A stretch of DNA of 64,000 nt from Rhynchopus sp. YZ270_cl-10 (taxonomy: Eukaryota): assembly GCA_964035575.1 (NCBI GenBank), contig OZ037838.1, positions 1 to 64,000 on the forward strand, given 5' to 3'. Below are positions 34,201-47,747 of this stretch, piece after piece. Position 1 is the first letter of the stretch, and every line of letters starts with the position of its first letter. A program made the translations under genes and the position numbers. A model generated the notes under the pieces. That model ran no database searches. It saw only the letters and a program-made list of their open reading frames with translations, and was not told the DNA's origin.

Positions 34201-37200
34201 CAGAATCCACTGTCACACAAATTTTCGTGAAAAATATTTTTGTGGCAAAAATCCTCTTATGTGTATTTTTGCGGGTTTGCGGGTCTGCGGGTCTGCGGGT
34301 TTGCGGGTTACACTATATATATTACCCGGTTTCAGGTCAAATGGATGGCAACGTTCCCCACAAGAGCGGGTTTGCGGGTTTGCGGGTTTGCGGGTCTGCG
34401 GGTCTGCGGGTCTCAAACCCGCAGACCCGCAGACCCGCAGACCCGCAGACCCGCAGACCCGCAGACCCGCAGACCCGCAGACCCGCAGACCCGCAGACCC
34501 GCAGACCCGCAGACCCGCAGACCCGCTGCGGGTTTGCGAAATTAGTATTTTTGCCTGTGGTGACCTTTTAGCCGAAATTTTCGACACAGTGGTCTGACAG
34601 AAAAAAACGCGTGAAATTAAGGGGTCGGAGTGCTATGTGGAAAAAAAACCGAAAAATTCAGCCAACCCGCAATTCAGCAAACCCGCTGAGATTTTGCGGG
34701 TTCGCGGGTTCGCGGGTTGTCGGGTAGGCAAAATTGGAAATTTTCCAAAATTTTCCACATAGCACATATCCCCCTTAATTTCACGCAAATTTTCCACAGA
34801 ATCCACTGTCACACAAATTTTCGTGAAAAATATTTTTGTGGCAAAAATCCTCTTATGTGTATTTTTGCGGGTTTGCGGGTCTGCGGGTCTGCGGGTTTGC
34901 GGGTTACACTATATATATTACCGGGTTTCAGGTCAAATGGATGGCAACGTTCCCCACAAGAGCGGGTTTGCGGGTTTGCGGGTTTGCGGGTCTGCGGGTC
35001 TGCGGGTCTCAAACCCGCAGACCCGCAGACCCGCAGACCCGCAGACCCGCAGACCCGCAGACCCGCAGACCCGCAGACCCGCAGACCCGCAGACCCGCAG
35101 ACCCGCAGACCCGCAGACCCGCAGACCCGCAGACCCGCAGACCCGCAGACCCGCAGACCCGCAGACCCGCTGCGGGTTTGCGAAATTAGTATTTTTGCCT
35201 GTGGTGACCTTTTAGCCGAAATTTTCGACACAGTGGTCTGACAGAAAAAAACGCGTGAAATTAAGGGGTCGGAGTGCTATGTGGAAAAAAAACCGAAAAA
35301 TTCAGCCAACCCGCAATTCAGCAAACCCGCTGAGATTTTGCGGGTTCGCGGGTTCGCGGGTTGTCGGGTAGGCAAAATTGGAAATTTTCCAAAATTTTCC
35401 ACATAGCACATATCCCCCTTAATTTCACGCAAATTTTCCACAGAATCCACTGTCACACAAATTTTCGTGAAAAATATTTTTGTGGCAAAAATCCTCTTAT
35501 GTGTATTTTTGCGGGTTTGCGGGTCTGCGGGTCTGCGGGTTTGCGGGTTACACTATATATATTACCGGGTTTCAGGTCAAATGGATGGCAACGTTCCCCA
35601 CAAGAGCGGGTTTGCGGGTTTGCGGGTTTGCGGGTCTGCGGGTCTGCGGGTCTCAAACCCGCAGACCCGCAGACCCGCAGACCCGCAGACCCGCAGACCC
35701 GCAGACCCGCAGACCCGCAGACCCGCAGACCCGCAGACCCGCAGACCCGCAGACCCGCAGACCCGCAGACCCGCAGACCCGCAGACCCGCAGACCCGCTG
35801 CGGGTTTGCGAAATTAGTATTTTTGCCTGTGGTGACCTTTTAGCCGAAATTTTCGACACAGTGGTCTGACAGAAAAAAACGCGTGAAATTAAGGGGTCGG
35901 AGTGCTATGTGGAAAAAAAACCGAAAAATTCAGCCAACCCGCAATTCAGCAAACCCGCTGAGATTTTGCGGGTTCGCGGGTTCGCGGGTTGTCGGGTAGG
36001 CAAAATTGGAAATTTTCCAAAATTTTCCACATAGCACATATCCCCCTTAATTTCACGCAAATTTTCCACAGAATCCACTGTCACACAAATTTTCGTGAAA
36101 AATATTTTTGTGGCAAAAATCCTCTTATGTGTATTTTTGCGGGTTTGCGGGTCTGCGGGTCTGCGGGTTTGCGGGTTACACTATATATATTACCGGGTTT
36201 CAGGTCAAATGGATGGCAACGTTCCCCACAAGAGCGGGTTTGCGGGTTTGCGGGTTTGCGGGTCTGCGGGTCTGCGGGTCTCAAACCCGCAGACCCGCAG
36301 ACCCGCAGACCCGCAGACCCGCAGACCCGCAGACCCGCAGACCCGCAGACCCGCAGACCCGCAGACCCGCAGACCCGCAGACCCGCAGACCCGCAGACCC
36401 GCAGACCCGCTGCGGGTTTGCGAAATTAGTATTTTTGCCTGTGGTGACCTTTTAGCCGAAATTTTCGACACAGTGGTCTGACAGAAAAAAACGCGTGAAA
36501 TTAAGGGGTCGGAGTGCTATGTGGAAAAAAAACCGAAAAATTCAGCCAACCCGCAATTCAGCAAACCCGCTGAGATTTTGCGGGTTCGCGGGTTCGCGGG
36601 TTGTCGGGTAGGCAAAATTGGAAATTTTCCAAAATTTTCCACATAGCACATATCCCCCTTAATTTCACGCAAATTTTCCACAGAATCCACTGTCACACAA
36701 ATTTTCGTGAAAAATATTTTTGTGGCAAAAATCCTCTTATGTGTATTTTTGCGGGTTTGCGGGTCTGCGGGTCTGCGGGTTTGCGGGTTACACTATATAT
36801 ATTACCCGGTTTCAGGTCAAATGGATGGCAACGTTCCCCACAAGAGCGGGTTTGCGGGTTTGCGGGTTTGCGGGTCTGCGGGTCTGCGGGTCTCAAACCC
36901 GCAGACCCGCAGACCCGCAGACCCGCAGACCCGCAGACCCGCAGACCCGCAGACCCGCAGACCCGCAGACCCGCAGACCCGCAGACCCGCAGACCCGCAG
37001 ACCCGCTGCGGGTTTGCGAAATTAGTATTTTTGCCTGTGGTGACCTTTTAGCCGAAATTTTCGACACAGTGGTCTGACAGAAAAAAACGCGTGAAATTAA
37101 GGGGTCGGAGTGCTATGTGGAAAAAAAACCGAAAAATTCAGCCAACCCGCAATTCAGCAAACCCGCTGAGATTTTGCGGGTTCGCGGGTTCGCGGGTTGT

Positions 37201-40200
37201 CGGGTAGGCAAAATTGGAAATTTTCCAAAATTTTCCACATAGCACATATCCCCCTTAATTTCACGCAAATTTTCCACAGAATCCACTGTCACACAAATTT
37301 TCGTGAAAAATATTTTTGTGGCAAAAATCCTCTTATGTGTATTTTTGCGGGTTTGCGGGTCTGCGGGTCTGCGGGTTTGCGGGTTACACTATATATATTA
37401 CCGGGTTTCAGGTCAAATGGATGGCAACGTTCCCCACAAGAGCGGGTTTGCGGGTTTGCGGGTTTGCGGGTCTGCGGGTCTGCGGGTCTCAAACCCGCAG
37501 ACCCGCAGACCCGCAGACCCGCAGACCCGCAGACCCGCAGACCCGCAGACCCGCTGCGGGTTTGCGAAATTAGTATTTTTGCCTGTGGTGACCTTTTAGC
37601 CGAAATTTTCGACACAGTGGTCTGACAGAAAAAAACGCGTGAAATTAAGGGGTCGGAGTGCTATGTGGAAAAAAAACCGAAAAATTCAGCCAACCCGCAA
37701 TTCAGCAAACCCGCTGAGATTTTGCGGGTTCGCGGGTTCGCGGGTTGTCGGGTAGGCAAAATTGGAAATTTTCCAAAATTTTCCACATAGCACATATCCC
37801 CCTTAATTTCACGCAAATTTTCCACAGAATCCACTGTCACACAAATTTTCGTGAAAAATATTTTTGTGGCAAAAATCCTCTTATGTGTATTTTTGCGGGT
37901 TTGCGGGTCTGCGGGTCTGCGGGTTTGCGGGTTACACTATATATATTACCGGGTTTCAGGTCAAATGGATGGCAACGTTCCCCACAAGAGCGGGTTTGCG
38001 GGTTTGCGGGTTTGCGGGTCTGCGGGTCTGCGGGTCTCAAACCCGCAGACCCGCAGACCCGCAGACCCGCAGACCCGCAGACCCGCAGACCCGCAGACCC
38101 GCAGACCCGCAGACCCGCAGACCCGCAGACCCGCAGACCCGCAGACCCGCAGACCCGCTGCGGGTTTGCGAAATTAGTATTTTTGCCTGTGGTGACCTTT
38201 TAGCCGAAATTTTCGACACAGTGGTCTGACAGAAAAAAACGCGTGAAATTAAGGGGTCGGAGTGCTATGTGGAAAAAAAACCGAAAAATTCAGCCAACCC
38301 GCAATTCAGCAAACCCGCTGAGATTTTGCGGGTTCGCGGGTTCGCGGGTTGTCGGGTAGGCAAAATTGGAAATTTTCCAAAATTTTCCACATAGCACATA
38401 TCCCCCTTAATTTCACGCAAATTTTCCACAGAATCCACTGTCACACAAATTTTCGTGAAAAATATTTTTGTGGCAAAAATCCTCTTATGTGTATTTTTGC
38501 GGGTTTGCGGGTCTGCGGGTCTGCGGGTTTGCGGGTTACACTATATATATTACCGGGTTTCAGGTCAAATGGATGGCAACGTTCCCCACAAGAGCGGGTT
38601 TGCGGGTTTGCGGGTTTGCGGGTCTGCGGGTCTGCGGGTCTCAAACCCGCAGACCCGCAGACCCGCAGACCCGCAGACCCGCAGACCCGCAGACCCGCAG
38701 ACCCGCAGACCCGCAGACCCGCAGACCCGCAGACCCGCAGACCCGCAGACCCGCAGACCCGCAGACCCGCAGACCCGCAGACCCGCAGACCCGCTGCGGG
38801 TTTGCGAAATTAGTATTTTTGCCTGTGGTGACCTTTTAGCCGAAATTTTCGACACAGTGGTCTGACAGAAAAAAACGCGTGAAATTAAGGGGTCGGAGTG
38901 CTATGTGGAAAAAAAACCGAAAAATTCAGCCAACCCGCAATTCAGCAAACCCGCTGAGATTTTGCGGGTTCGCGGGTTCGCGGGTTGTCGGGTAGGCAAA
39001 ATTGGAAATTTTCCAAAATTTTCCACATAGCACATATCCCCCTTAATTTCACGCAAATTTTCCACAGAATCCACTGTCACACAAATTTTCGTGAAAAATA
39101 TTTTTGTGGCAAAAATCCTCTTATGTGTATTTTTGCGGGTTTGCGGGTCTGCGGGTCTGCGGGTTTGCGGGTTACACTATATATATTACCGGGTTTCAGG
39201 TCAAATGGATGGCAACGTTCCCCACAAGAGCGGGTTTGCGGGTTTGCGGGTTTGCGGGTCTGCGGGTCTGCGGGTCTCAAACCCGCAGACCCGCAGACCC
39301 GCAGACCCGCAGACCCGCAGACCCGCAGACCCGCAGACCCGCAGACCCGCAGACCCGCAGACCCGCAGACCCGCAGACCCGCAGACCCGCAGACCCGCTG
39401 CGGGTTTGCGAAATTAGTATTTTTGCCTGTGGTGACCTTTTAGCCGAAATTTTCGACACAGTGGTCTGACAGAAAAAAACGCGTGAAATTAAGGGGTCGG
39501 AGTGCTATGTGGAAAAAAAACCGAAAAATTCAGCCAACCCGCAATTCAGCAAACCCGCTGAGATTTTGCGGGTTCGCGGGTTCGCGGGTTGTCGGGTAGG
39601 CAAAATTGGAAATTTTCCAAAATTTTCCACATAGCACATATCCCCCTTAATTTCACGCAAATTTTCCACAGAATCCACTGTCACACAAATTTTCGTGAAA
39701 AATATTTTTGTGGCAAAAATCCTCTTATGTGTATTTTTGCGGGTTTGCGGGTCTGCGGGTCTGCGGGTTTGCGGGTTACACTATATATATTACCGGGTTT
39801 CAGGTCAAATGGATGGCAACGTTCCCCACAAGAGCGGGTTTGCGGGTTTGCGGGTTTGCGGGTCTGCGGGTCTGCGGGTCTCAAACCCGCAGACCCGCAG
39901 ACCCGCAGACCCGCAGACCCGCAGACCCGCAGACCCGCAGACCCGCAGACCCGCAGACCCGCAGACCCGCAGACCCGCAGACCCGCTGCGGGTTTGCGAA
40001 ATTAGTATTTTTGCCTGTGGTGACCTTTTAGCCGAAATTTTCGACACAGTGGTCTGACAGAAAAAAACGCGTGAAATTAAGGGGTCGGAGTGCTATGTGG
40101 AAAAAAAACCGAAAAATTCAGCCAACCCGCAATTCAGCAAACCCGCTGAGATTTTGCGGGTTCGCGGGTTCGCGGGTTGTCGGGTAGGCAAAATTGGAAA

Positions 40201-43200
40201 TTTTCCAAAATTTTCCACATAGCACATATCCCCCTTAATTTCACGCAAATTTTCCACAGAATCCACTGTCACACAAATTTTCGTGAAAAATATTTTTGTG
40301 GCAAAAATCCTCTTATGTGTATTTTTGCGGGTTTGCGGGTCTGCGGGTCTGCGGGTTTGCGGGTTACACTATATATATTACCGGGTTTCAGGTCAAATGG
40401 ATGGCAACGTTCCCCACAAGAGCGGGTTTGCGGGTTTGCGGGTTTGCGGGTCTGCGGGTCTGCGGGTCTCAAACCCGCAGACCCGCAGACCCGCAGACCC
40501 GCAGACCCGCAGACCCGCAGACCCGCAGACCCGCAGACCCGCAGACCCGCAGACCCGCAGACCCGCTGCGGGTTTGCGAAATTAGTATTTTTGCCTGTGG
40601 TGACCTTTTAGCCGAAATTTTCGACACAGTGGTCTGACAGAAAAAAACGCGTGAAATTAAGGGGTCGGAGTGCTATGTGGAAAAAAAACCGAAAAATTCA
40701 GCCAACCCGCAATTCAGCAAACCCGCTGAGATTTTGCGGGTTCGCGGGTTCGCGGGTTGTCGGGTAGGCAAAATTGGAAATTTTCCAAAATTTTCCACAT
40801 AGCACATATCCCCCTTAATTTCACGCAAATTTTCCACAGAATCCACTGTCACACAAATTTTCGTGAAAAATATTTTTGTGGCAAAAATCCTCTTATGTGT
40901 ATTTTTGCGGGTTTGCGGGTCTGCGGGTCTGCGGGTTTGCGGGTTACACTATATATATTACCGGGTTTCAGGTCAAATGGATGGCAACGTTCCCCACAAG
41001 AGCGGGTTTGCGGGTTTGCGGGTTTGCGGGTCTGCGGGTCTGCGGGTCTCAAACCCGCAGACCCGCAGACCCGCAGACCCGCAGACCCGCAGACCCGCAG
41101 ACCCGCAGACCCGCAGACCCGCAGACCCGCAGACCCGCAGACCCGCAGACCCGCAGACCCGCAGACCCGCTGCGGGTTTGCGAAATTAGTATTTTTGCCT
41201 GTGGTGACCTTTTAGCCGAAATTTTCGACACAGTGGTCTGACAGAAAAAAACGCGTGAAATTAAGGGGTCGGAGTGCTATGTGGAAAAAAAACCGAAAAA
41301 TTCAGCCAACCCGCAATTCAGCAAACCCGCTGAGATTTTGCGGGTTCGCGGGTTCGCGGGTTGTCGGGTAGGCAAAATTGGAAATTTTCCAAAATTTTCC
41401 ACATAGCACATATCCCCCTTAATTTCACGCAAATTTTCCACAGAATCCACTGTCACACAAATTTTCGTGAAAAATATTTTTGTGGCAAAAATCCTCTTAT
41501 GTGTATTTTTGCGGGTTTGCGGGTCTGCGGGTCTGCGGGTTTGCGGGTTACACTATATATATTACCGGGTTTCAGGTCAAATGGATGGCAACGTTCCCCA
41601 CAAGAGCGGGTTTGCGGGTTTGCGGGTTTGCGGGTCTGCGGGTCTGCGGGTCTCAAACCCGCAGACCCGCAGACCCGCAGACCCGCAGACCCGCAGACCC
41701 GCAGACCCGCAGACCCGCAGACCCGCAGACCCGCAGACCCGCAGACCCGCAGACCCGCTGCGGGTTTGCGAAATTAGTATTTTTGCCTGTGGTGACCTTT
41801 TAGCCGAAATTTTCGACACAGTGGTCTGACAGAAAAAAACGCGTGAAATTAAGGGGTCGGAGTGCTATGTGGAAAAAAAACCGAAAAATTCAGCCAACCC
41901 GCAATTCAGCAAACCCGCTGAGATTTTGCGGGTTCGCGGGTTCGCGGGTTGTCGGGTAGGCAAAATTGGAAATTTTCCAAAATTTTCCACATAGCACATA
42001 TCCCCCTTAATTTCACGCAAATTTTCCACAGAATCCACTGTCACACAAATTTTCGTGAAAAATATTTTTGTGGCAAAAATCCTCTTATGTGTATTTTTGC
42101 GGGTTTGCGGGTCTGCGGGTCTGCGGGTTTGCGGGTTACACTATATATATTACCGGGTTTCAGGTCAAATGGATGGCAACGTTCCCCACAAGAGCGGGTT
42201 TGCGGGTTTGCGGGTTTGCGGGTCTGCGGGTCTGCGGGTCTCAAACCCGCAGACCCGCAGACCCGCAGACCCGCAGACCCGCAGACCCGCAGACCCGCTG
42301 CGGGTTTGCGAAATTAGTATTTTTGCCTGTGGTGACCTTTTAGCCGAAATTTTCGACACAGTGGTCTGACAGAAAAAAACGCGTGAAATTAAGGGGTCGG
42401 AGTGCTATGTGGAAAAAAAACCGAAAAATTCAGCCAACCCGCAATTCAGCAAACCCGCTGAGATTTTGCGGGTTCGCGGGTTCGCGGGTTGTCGGGTAGG
42501 CAAAATTGGAAATTTTCCAAAATTTTCCACATAGCACATATCCCCCTTAATTTCACGCAAATTTTCCACAGAATCCACTGTCACACAAATTTTCGTGAAA
42601 AATATTTTTGTGGCAAAAATCCTCTTATGTGTATTTTTGCGGGTTTGCGGGTCTGCGGGTCTGCGGGTTTGCGGGTTACACTATATATATTACCGGGTTT
42701 CAGGTCAAATGGATGGCAACGTTCCCCACAAGAGCGGGTTTGCGGGTTTGCGGGTTTGCGGGTCTGCGGGTCTGCGGGTCTCAAACCCGCAGACCCGCAG
42801 ACCCGCAGACCCGCAGACCCGCAGACCCGCAGACCCGCAGACCCGCAGACCCGCAGACCCGCAGACCCGCAGACCCGCAGACCCGCAGACCCGCAGACCC
42901 GCAGACCCGCAGACCCGCAGACCCGCAGACCCGCAGACCCGCTGCGGGTTTGCGAAATTAGTATTTTTGCCTGTGGTGACCTTTTAGCCGAAATTTTCGA
43001 CACAGTGGTCTGACAGAAAAAAACGCGTGAAATTAAGGGGTCGGAGTGCTATGTGGAAAAAAAACCGAAAAATTCAGCCAACCCGCAATTCAGCAAACCC
43101 GCTGAGATTTTGCGGGTTCGCGGGTTCGCGGGTTGTCGGGTAGGCAAAATTGGAAATTTTCCAAAATTTTCCACATAGCACATATCCCCCTTAATTTCAC

Positions 43201-45498
43201 GCAAATTTTCCACAGAATCCACTGTCACACAAATTTTCGTGAAAAATATTTTTGTGGCAAAAATCCTCTTATGTGTATTTTTGCGGGTTTGCGGGTCTGC
43301 GGGTCTGCGGGTTTGCGGGTTACACTATATATATTACCGGGTTTCAGGTCAAATGGATGGCAACGTTCCCCACAAGAGCGGGTTTGCGGGTTTGCGGGTT
43401 TGCGGGTCTGCGGGTCTGCGGGTCTCAAACCCGCAGACCCGCAGACCCGCAGACCCGCAGACCCGCAGACCCGCAGACCCGCTGCGGGTTTGCGAAATTA
43501 GTATTTTTGCCTGTGGTGACCTTTTAGCCGAAATTTTCGACACAGTGGTCTGACAGAAAAAAACGCGTGAAATTAAGGGGTCGGAGTGCTATGTGGAAAA
43601 AAAACCGAAAAATTCAGCCAACCCGCAATTCAGCAAACCCGCTGAGATTTTGCGGGTTCGCGGGTTCGCGGGTTGTCGGGTAGGCAAAATTGGAAATTTT
43701 CCAAAATTTTCCACATAGCACATATCCCCCTTAATTTCACGCAAATTTTCCACAGAATCCACTGTCACACAAATTTTCGTGAAAAATATTTTTGTGGCAA
43801 AAATCCTCTTATGTGTATTTTTGCGGGTTTGCGGGTCTGCGGGTCTGCGGGTTTGCGGGTTACACTATATATATTACCGGGTTTCAGGTCAAATGGATGG
43901 CAACGTTCCCCACAAGAGCGGGTTTGCGGGTTTGCGGGTTTGCGGGTCTGCGGGTCTGCGGGTCTCAAACCCGCAGACCCGCAGACCCGCAGACCCGCAG
44001 ACCCGCAGACCCGCAGACCCGCAGACCCGCAGACCCGCAGACCCGCAGACCCGCAGACCCGCAGACCCGCAGACCCGCAGACCCGCAGACCCGCAGACCC
44101 GCAGACCCGCAGACCCGCAGACCCGCTGCGGGTTTGCGAAATTAGTATTTTTGCCTGTGGTGACCTTTTAGCCGAAATTTTCGACACAGTGGTCTGACAG
44201 AAAAAAACGCGTGAAATTAAGGGGTCGGAGTGCTATGTGGAAAAAAAACCGAAAAATTCAGCCAACCCGCAATTCAGCAAACCCGCTGAGATTTTGCGGG
44301 TTCGCGGGTTCGCGGGTTGTCGGGTAGGCAAAATTGGAAATTTTCCAAAATTTTCCACATAGCACATATCCCCCTTAATTTCACGCAAATTTTCCACAGA
44401 ATCCACTGTCACACAAATTTTCGTGAAAAATATTTTTGTGGCAAAAATCCTCTTATGTGTATTTTTGCGGGTTTGCGGGTCTGCGGGTCTGCGGGTTTGC
44501 GGGTTACACTATATATATTACCGGGTTTCAGGTCAAATGGATGGCAACGTTCCCCACAAGAGCGGGTTTGCGGGTTTGCGGGTTTGCGGGTCTGCGGGTC
44601 TGCGGGTCTCAAACCCGCAGACCCGCAGACCCGCAGACCCGCAGACCCGCAGACCCGCAGACCCGCTGCGGGTTTGCGAAATTAGTATTTTTGCCTGTGG
44701 TGACCTTTTAGCCGAAATTTTCGACACAGTGGTCTGACAGAAAAAAACGCGTGAAATTAAGGGGTCGGAGTGCTATGTGGAAAAAAAACCGAAAAATTCA
44801 GCCAACCCGCAATTCAGCAAACCCGCTGAGATTTTGCGGGTTCGCGGGTTCGCGGGTTGTCGGGTAGGCAAAATTGGAAATTTTCCAAAATTTTCCACAT
44901 AGCACATATCCCCCTTAATTTCACGCAAATTTTCCACAGAATCCACTGTCACACAAATTTTCGTGAAAAATATTTTTGTGGCAAAAATCCTCTTATGTGT
45001 ATTTTTGCGGGTTTGCGGGTCTGCGGGTCTGCGGGTTTGCGGGTTACACTATATATATTACCGGGTTTCAGGTCAAATGGATGGCAACGTTCCCCACAAG
45101 AGCGGGTTTGCGGGTTCGCGGGTTCGCGGGTTGTCGGGTAGGCAAAATTGGAAATTTTCCAAAATTTTCCACATAGCACATATCCCCCTTAATTTCACGC
45201 AAATTTTCCACAGAATCCACTGTCACACAAATTTTCGTGAAAAATATTTTTGTGGCAAAAATCCTCTTATGTGTATTTTTGCGGGTTTGCGGGTCTGCGG
45301 GTCTGCGGGTTTGCGGGTTACACTATATATATTACCGGGTTTCAGGTCAAATGGATGGCAACGTTCCCCACAAGAGCGGGTTTGCGGGTTCGCGGGTTCG
45401 CGGGTTGTCGGGTAGGCAAAATTGGAAATTTTCCAAAATTTTCCACATAGCACATATCCCCCTTAATTTCACGCAAATTTTCCACAGAATCCACTGTC
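25266..45498 (+). repeat. ~20-kb satellite of a self-complementary 540-644-bp unit (32 full periods plus two 274-bp truncated periods)
   Basis: Periods measured between repeated ORF starts (25689 to 44857) differ only by multiples of 8 bp, reflecting (GACCCGCA)n copy number. The rest of the unit is almost invariant. Confidence 0.97.
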
Positions 45499-45507
45499 TG
45501 CGACCGA

Positions 45508-45620
45508 GCGTCCGCACACCGCGAAGCGGTGTGCGGACGCGAGGGAGCGCGGAGCAAGCCTTCACGCAAAGCGTGAAGGCGAGCGGAGCACGGGGGGTCT
45601 GGGGGGGCAGTGCCCCCCCA
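45508..45620. other. Cluster of three GC-rich perfect hairpins
   Basis: GCGTCCGCACACCGC-GAA-GCGGTGTGCGGACGC (45508-45540), GCCTTCACGC-AAA-GCGTGAAGGC (45558-45580) and TGGGGGGGC-AGT-GCCCCCCCA (45600-45620). Confidence 0.85.
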
Positions 45621-45868
45621 GAAAAATTTTTGAGCAATTGGGATCCTGTTTTGAGCTTATTTTGCTGTTTTCCTGGTAATTTTGTGTGATACAGTGGTGA
45701 GTTTGACCGTATCCGATTTGAAATAGAGCTCAGTGATACCTGGACAATAGTGTACAAGAAGACTGTGTAAGGTGACACCCTTTGTGCACCACAGTAATGT
45801 CTGTACACAATGTCCCTGAGTTGATACCGTTATTTTCTGCAACATGTGGCAGATGTAAAACTTAAGTA

Positions 45869-46181
45869 CCGTCTTCGTAAGTATGTTGGACCGTAAGAAA
45901 GTTCGTCCATTTCCGGACTTTTCTGGAAGTTCGTCCTTTTTTACGGTCGAATATTAGGACAGTTGGTTGTAGAAATACTTTTGTGATAGTGGTGTGGCCG
46001 GAAACCCGGCTTTGGGGTATATTGGAAGTACAAGTTTTTGAATTCGGGCCACACCACTATCACAAATAAATACTGCAAACATGTTCGACCGTAAATATGT
46101 TCGACCGTAATAATGTAGTCCTTTTCAGGATGTTTCTGGAAGTGAGTCCTTTTTTACGGTCGAACATTTATACGAATACGG
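45869..46181. mobile_element. MITE, Tc1/mariner-superfamily-like (CCGT termini, TA flanks)
   Basis: Left end TA|CCGTCTTCGTAAGTATGTTGGACCGTAA matches the reverse complement of right end TTACGGTCGAACATTTATACGAATACGG|TA. An internal inverted repeat TTTGTGATAGTGGTGTGGCC / GGCCACACCACTATCACAAA is also present. Confidence 0.7.
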
Positions 46182-47747
46182 TATTTACTTCCGCGAACAA
46201 TGTGAAGTACGTTGTATGCTCGAATGCTAGGTTTCCAGACTGAGAGTACTGATGTTGTTACACTGTTTATATTATCTGATTATTGTGGGGTAGGATTTAT
46301 ATTTCCACCGTTCCTTACGCAAAGAAAATTTGGATGTTGTCGTTCTGGAGGTGTTGCTAATTGGGTTAGGGATTTAAGAAGTTTGATGTACTGTCTCAAT
46401 CTAATGCTGTGTCTTATTGACATATTTAGAGCTGTGTTATTGCACGTAGGTGTAGTATTGAGGTAGAGATGTGTGGTCAGCGTATCTGGCTGGTGGACTA
46501 GATAGTGGTATTTTGTAATTATTGCTGTAGATTTATATTTGTAGGTCTGCGTCTCTGTGTTTAAGTATATAGTACCTGCTACTGTATCTTAAGTAAATCC
46601 GCCAGCACATAGTGTCTTGGTGGCCGACTTCCCGATTTCTGGCCAAGGTTCCCACAAGTGTGCTAATTTAGCCCCCAGATAGCTCTTGCTTATCTGTGTC
46701 ACTGTGACTGCTTCCACAATCAGCCTTGGAGTCATGAAGTCCTCTTGTTTGTCAGGCAGAACCTGTTCTCTGCGTGCATATTCTCTATCATTGGGGTTAG
46801 CTCTTCAGAGATGTTTGTTGCGGATTGGTTGTAGATCGGTGCAGGCTGCGTTGTAATTTTCCGTCGTCATCACATAGTGTCTTTTGGTGGTTGACTTTCC
46901 GAGTTCTGTCCAGTCTGCCTTGTTGTGATACTGTGTGGTGATGATGCAAGTTTTTTTTGATCCACGCAGCAGCCCTGACTGTGGGCAATTCTGAGTAATT
47001 TGAAAGTCACTTGCTACGTTCACATTGTTCCATCTTTTTAAATTGCGTTTAGTAATCACTCCTGGCATTGCTTTGCTTTCTGGTTGCTATTGACGTATTG
47101 GAGGTGCATTATTGTGTTTAGGAGTAGTGTTGAGAGGTGGTGATGCGGGGCTCAGCGTATCATGCTGGATGGTGGTATTTTGTTATTATTGCTGTACCTT
47201 TCTCTTAGTAGTTCTCCGTCTGCGTCTATGTATGTAATTTGTCTTACTTGTATCCTGAAGAAATCTGTGTACGAATTTTCCTTGGTGCCTTGGTCACTCC
47301 TGTGTGGATGATGCAAAACGTTTGCATTGTCAACCTGCTGTTTGTCCACTCAAATATCTGAGCCTTGGTGAGTGGGGAGCCACACGTGTCTACAATGATA
47401 CATCTTATCAAATAACCGGAACCAGCACAACACAACAATGTGAATTGAGTAGGGCAATGCGAACGCACAGAACCAATGCAGCAACCAATCAATGAACTCT
47501 GTAGTGCGAGTACACCAGTTCATACTAAATTTAAATAACATTCTCATACGGAGCTTCTGACAACTAACCAGCTGGAAACCCCCTTGTGAAGTTGCTTTGA
47601 TCGTATTCGTTTTCCATCCATCATATTCCCAGAAATTTCCAAATCATGTTCTGGTTTCTGGTTTCTCTTTGTTTTTAGTTATTGGAGTTATTGCAACAAT
47701 ATTGGTAATGACCTTGCAATATATTTCAATCATTCCGAAAATATACA

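Noticed and set aside
25689..45450. Repeated MSGRQNWK.../PADPQTRR ORFs as a gene family
   Set aside because: They arise from the satellite. Unit lengths change by 8 bp and shift frame freely.
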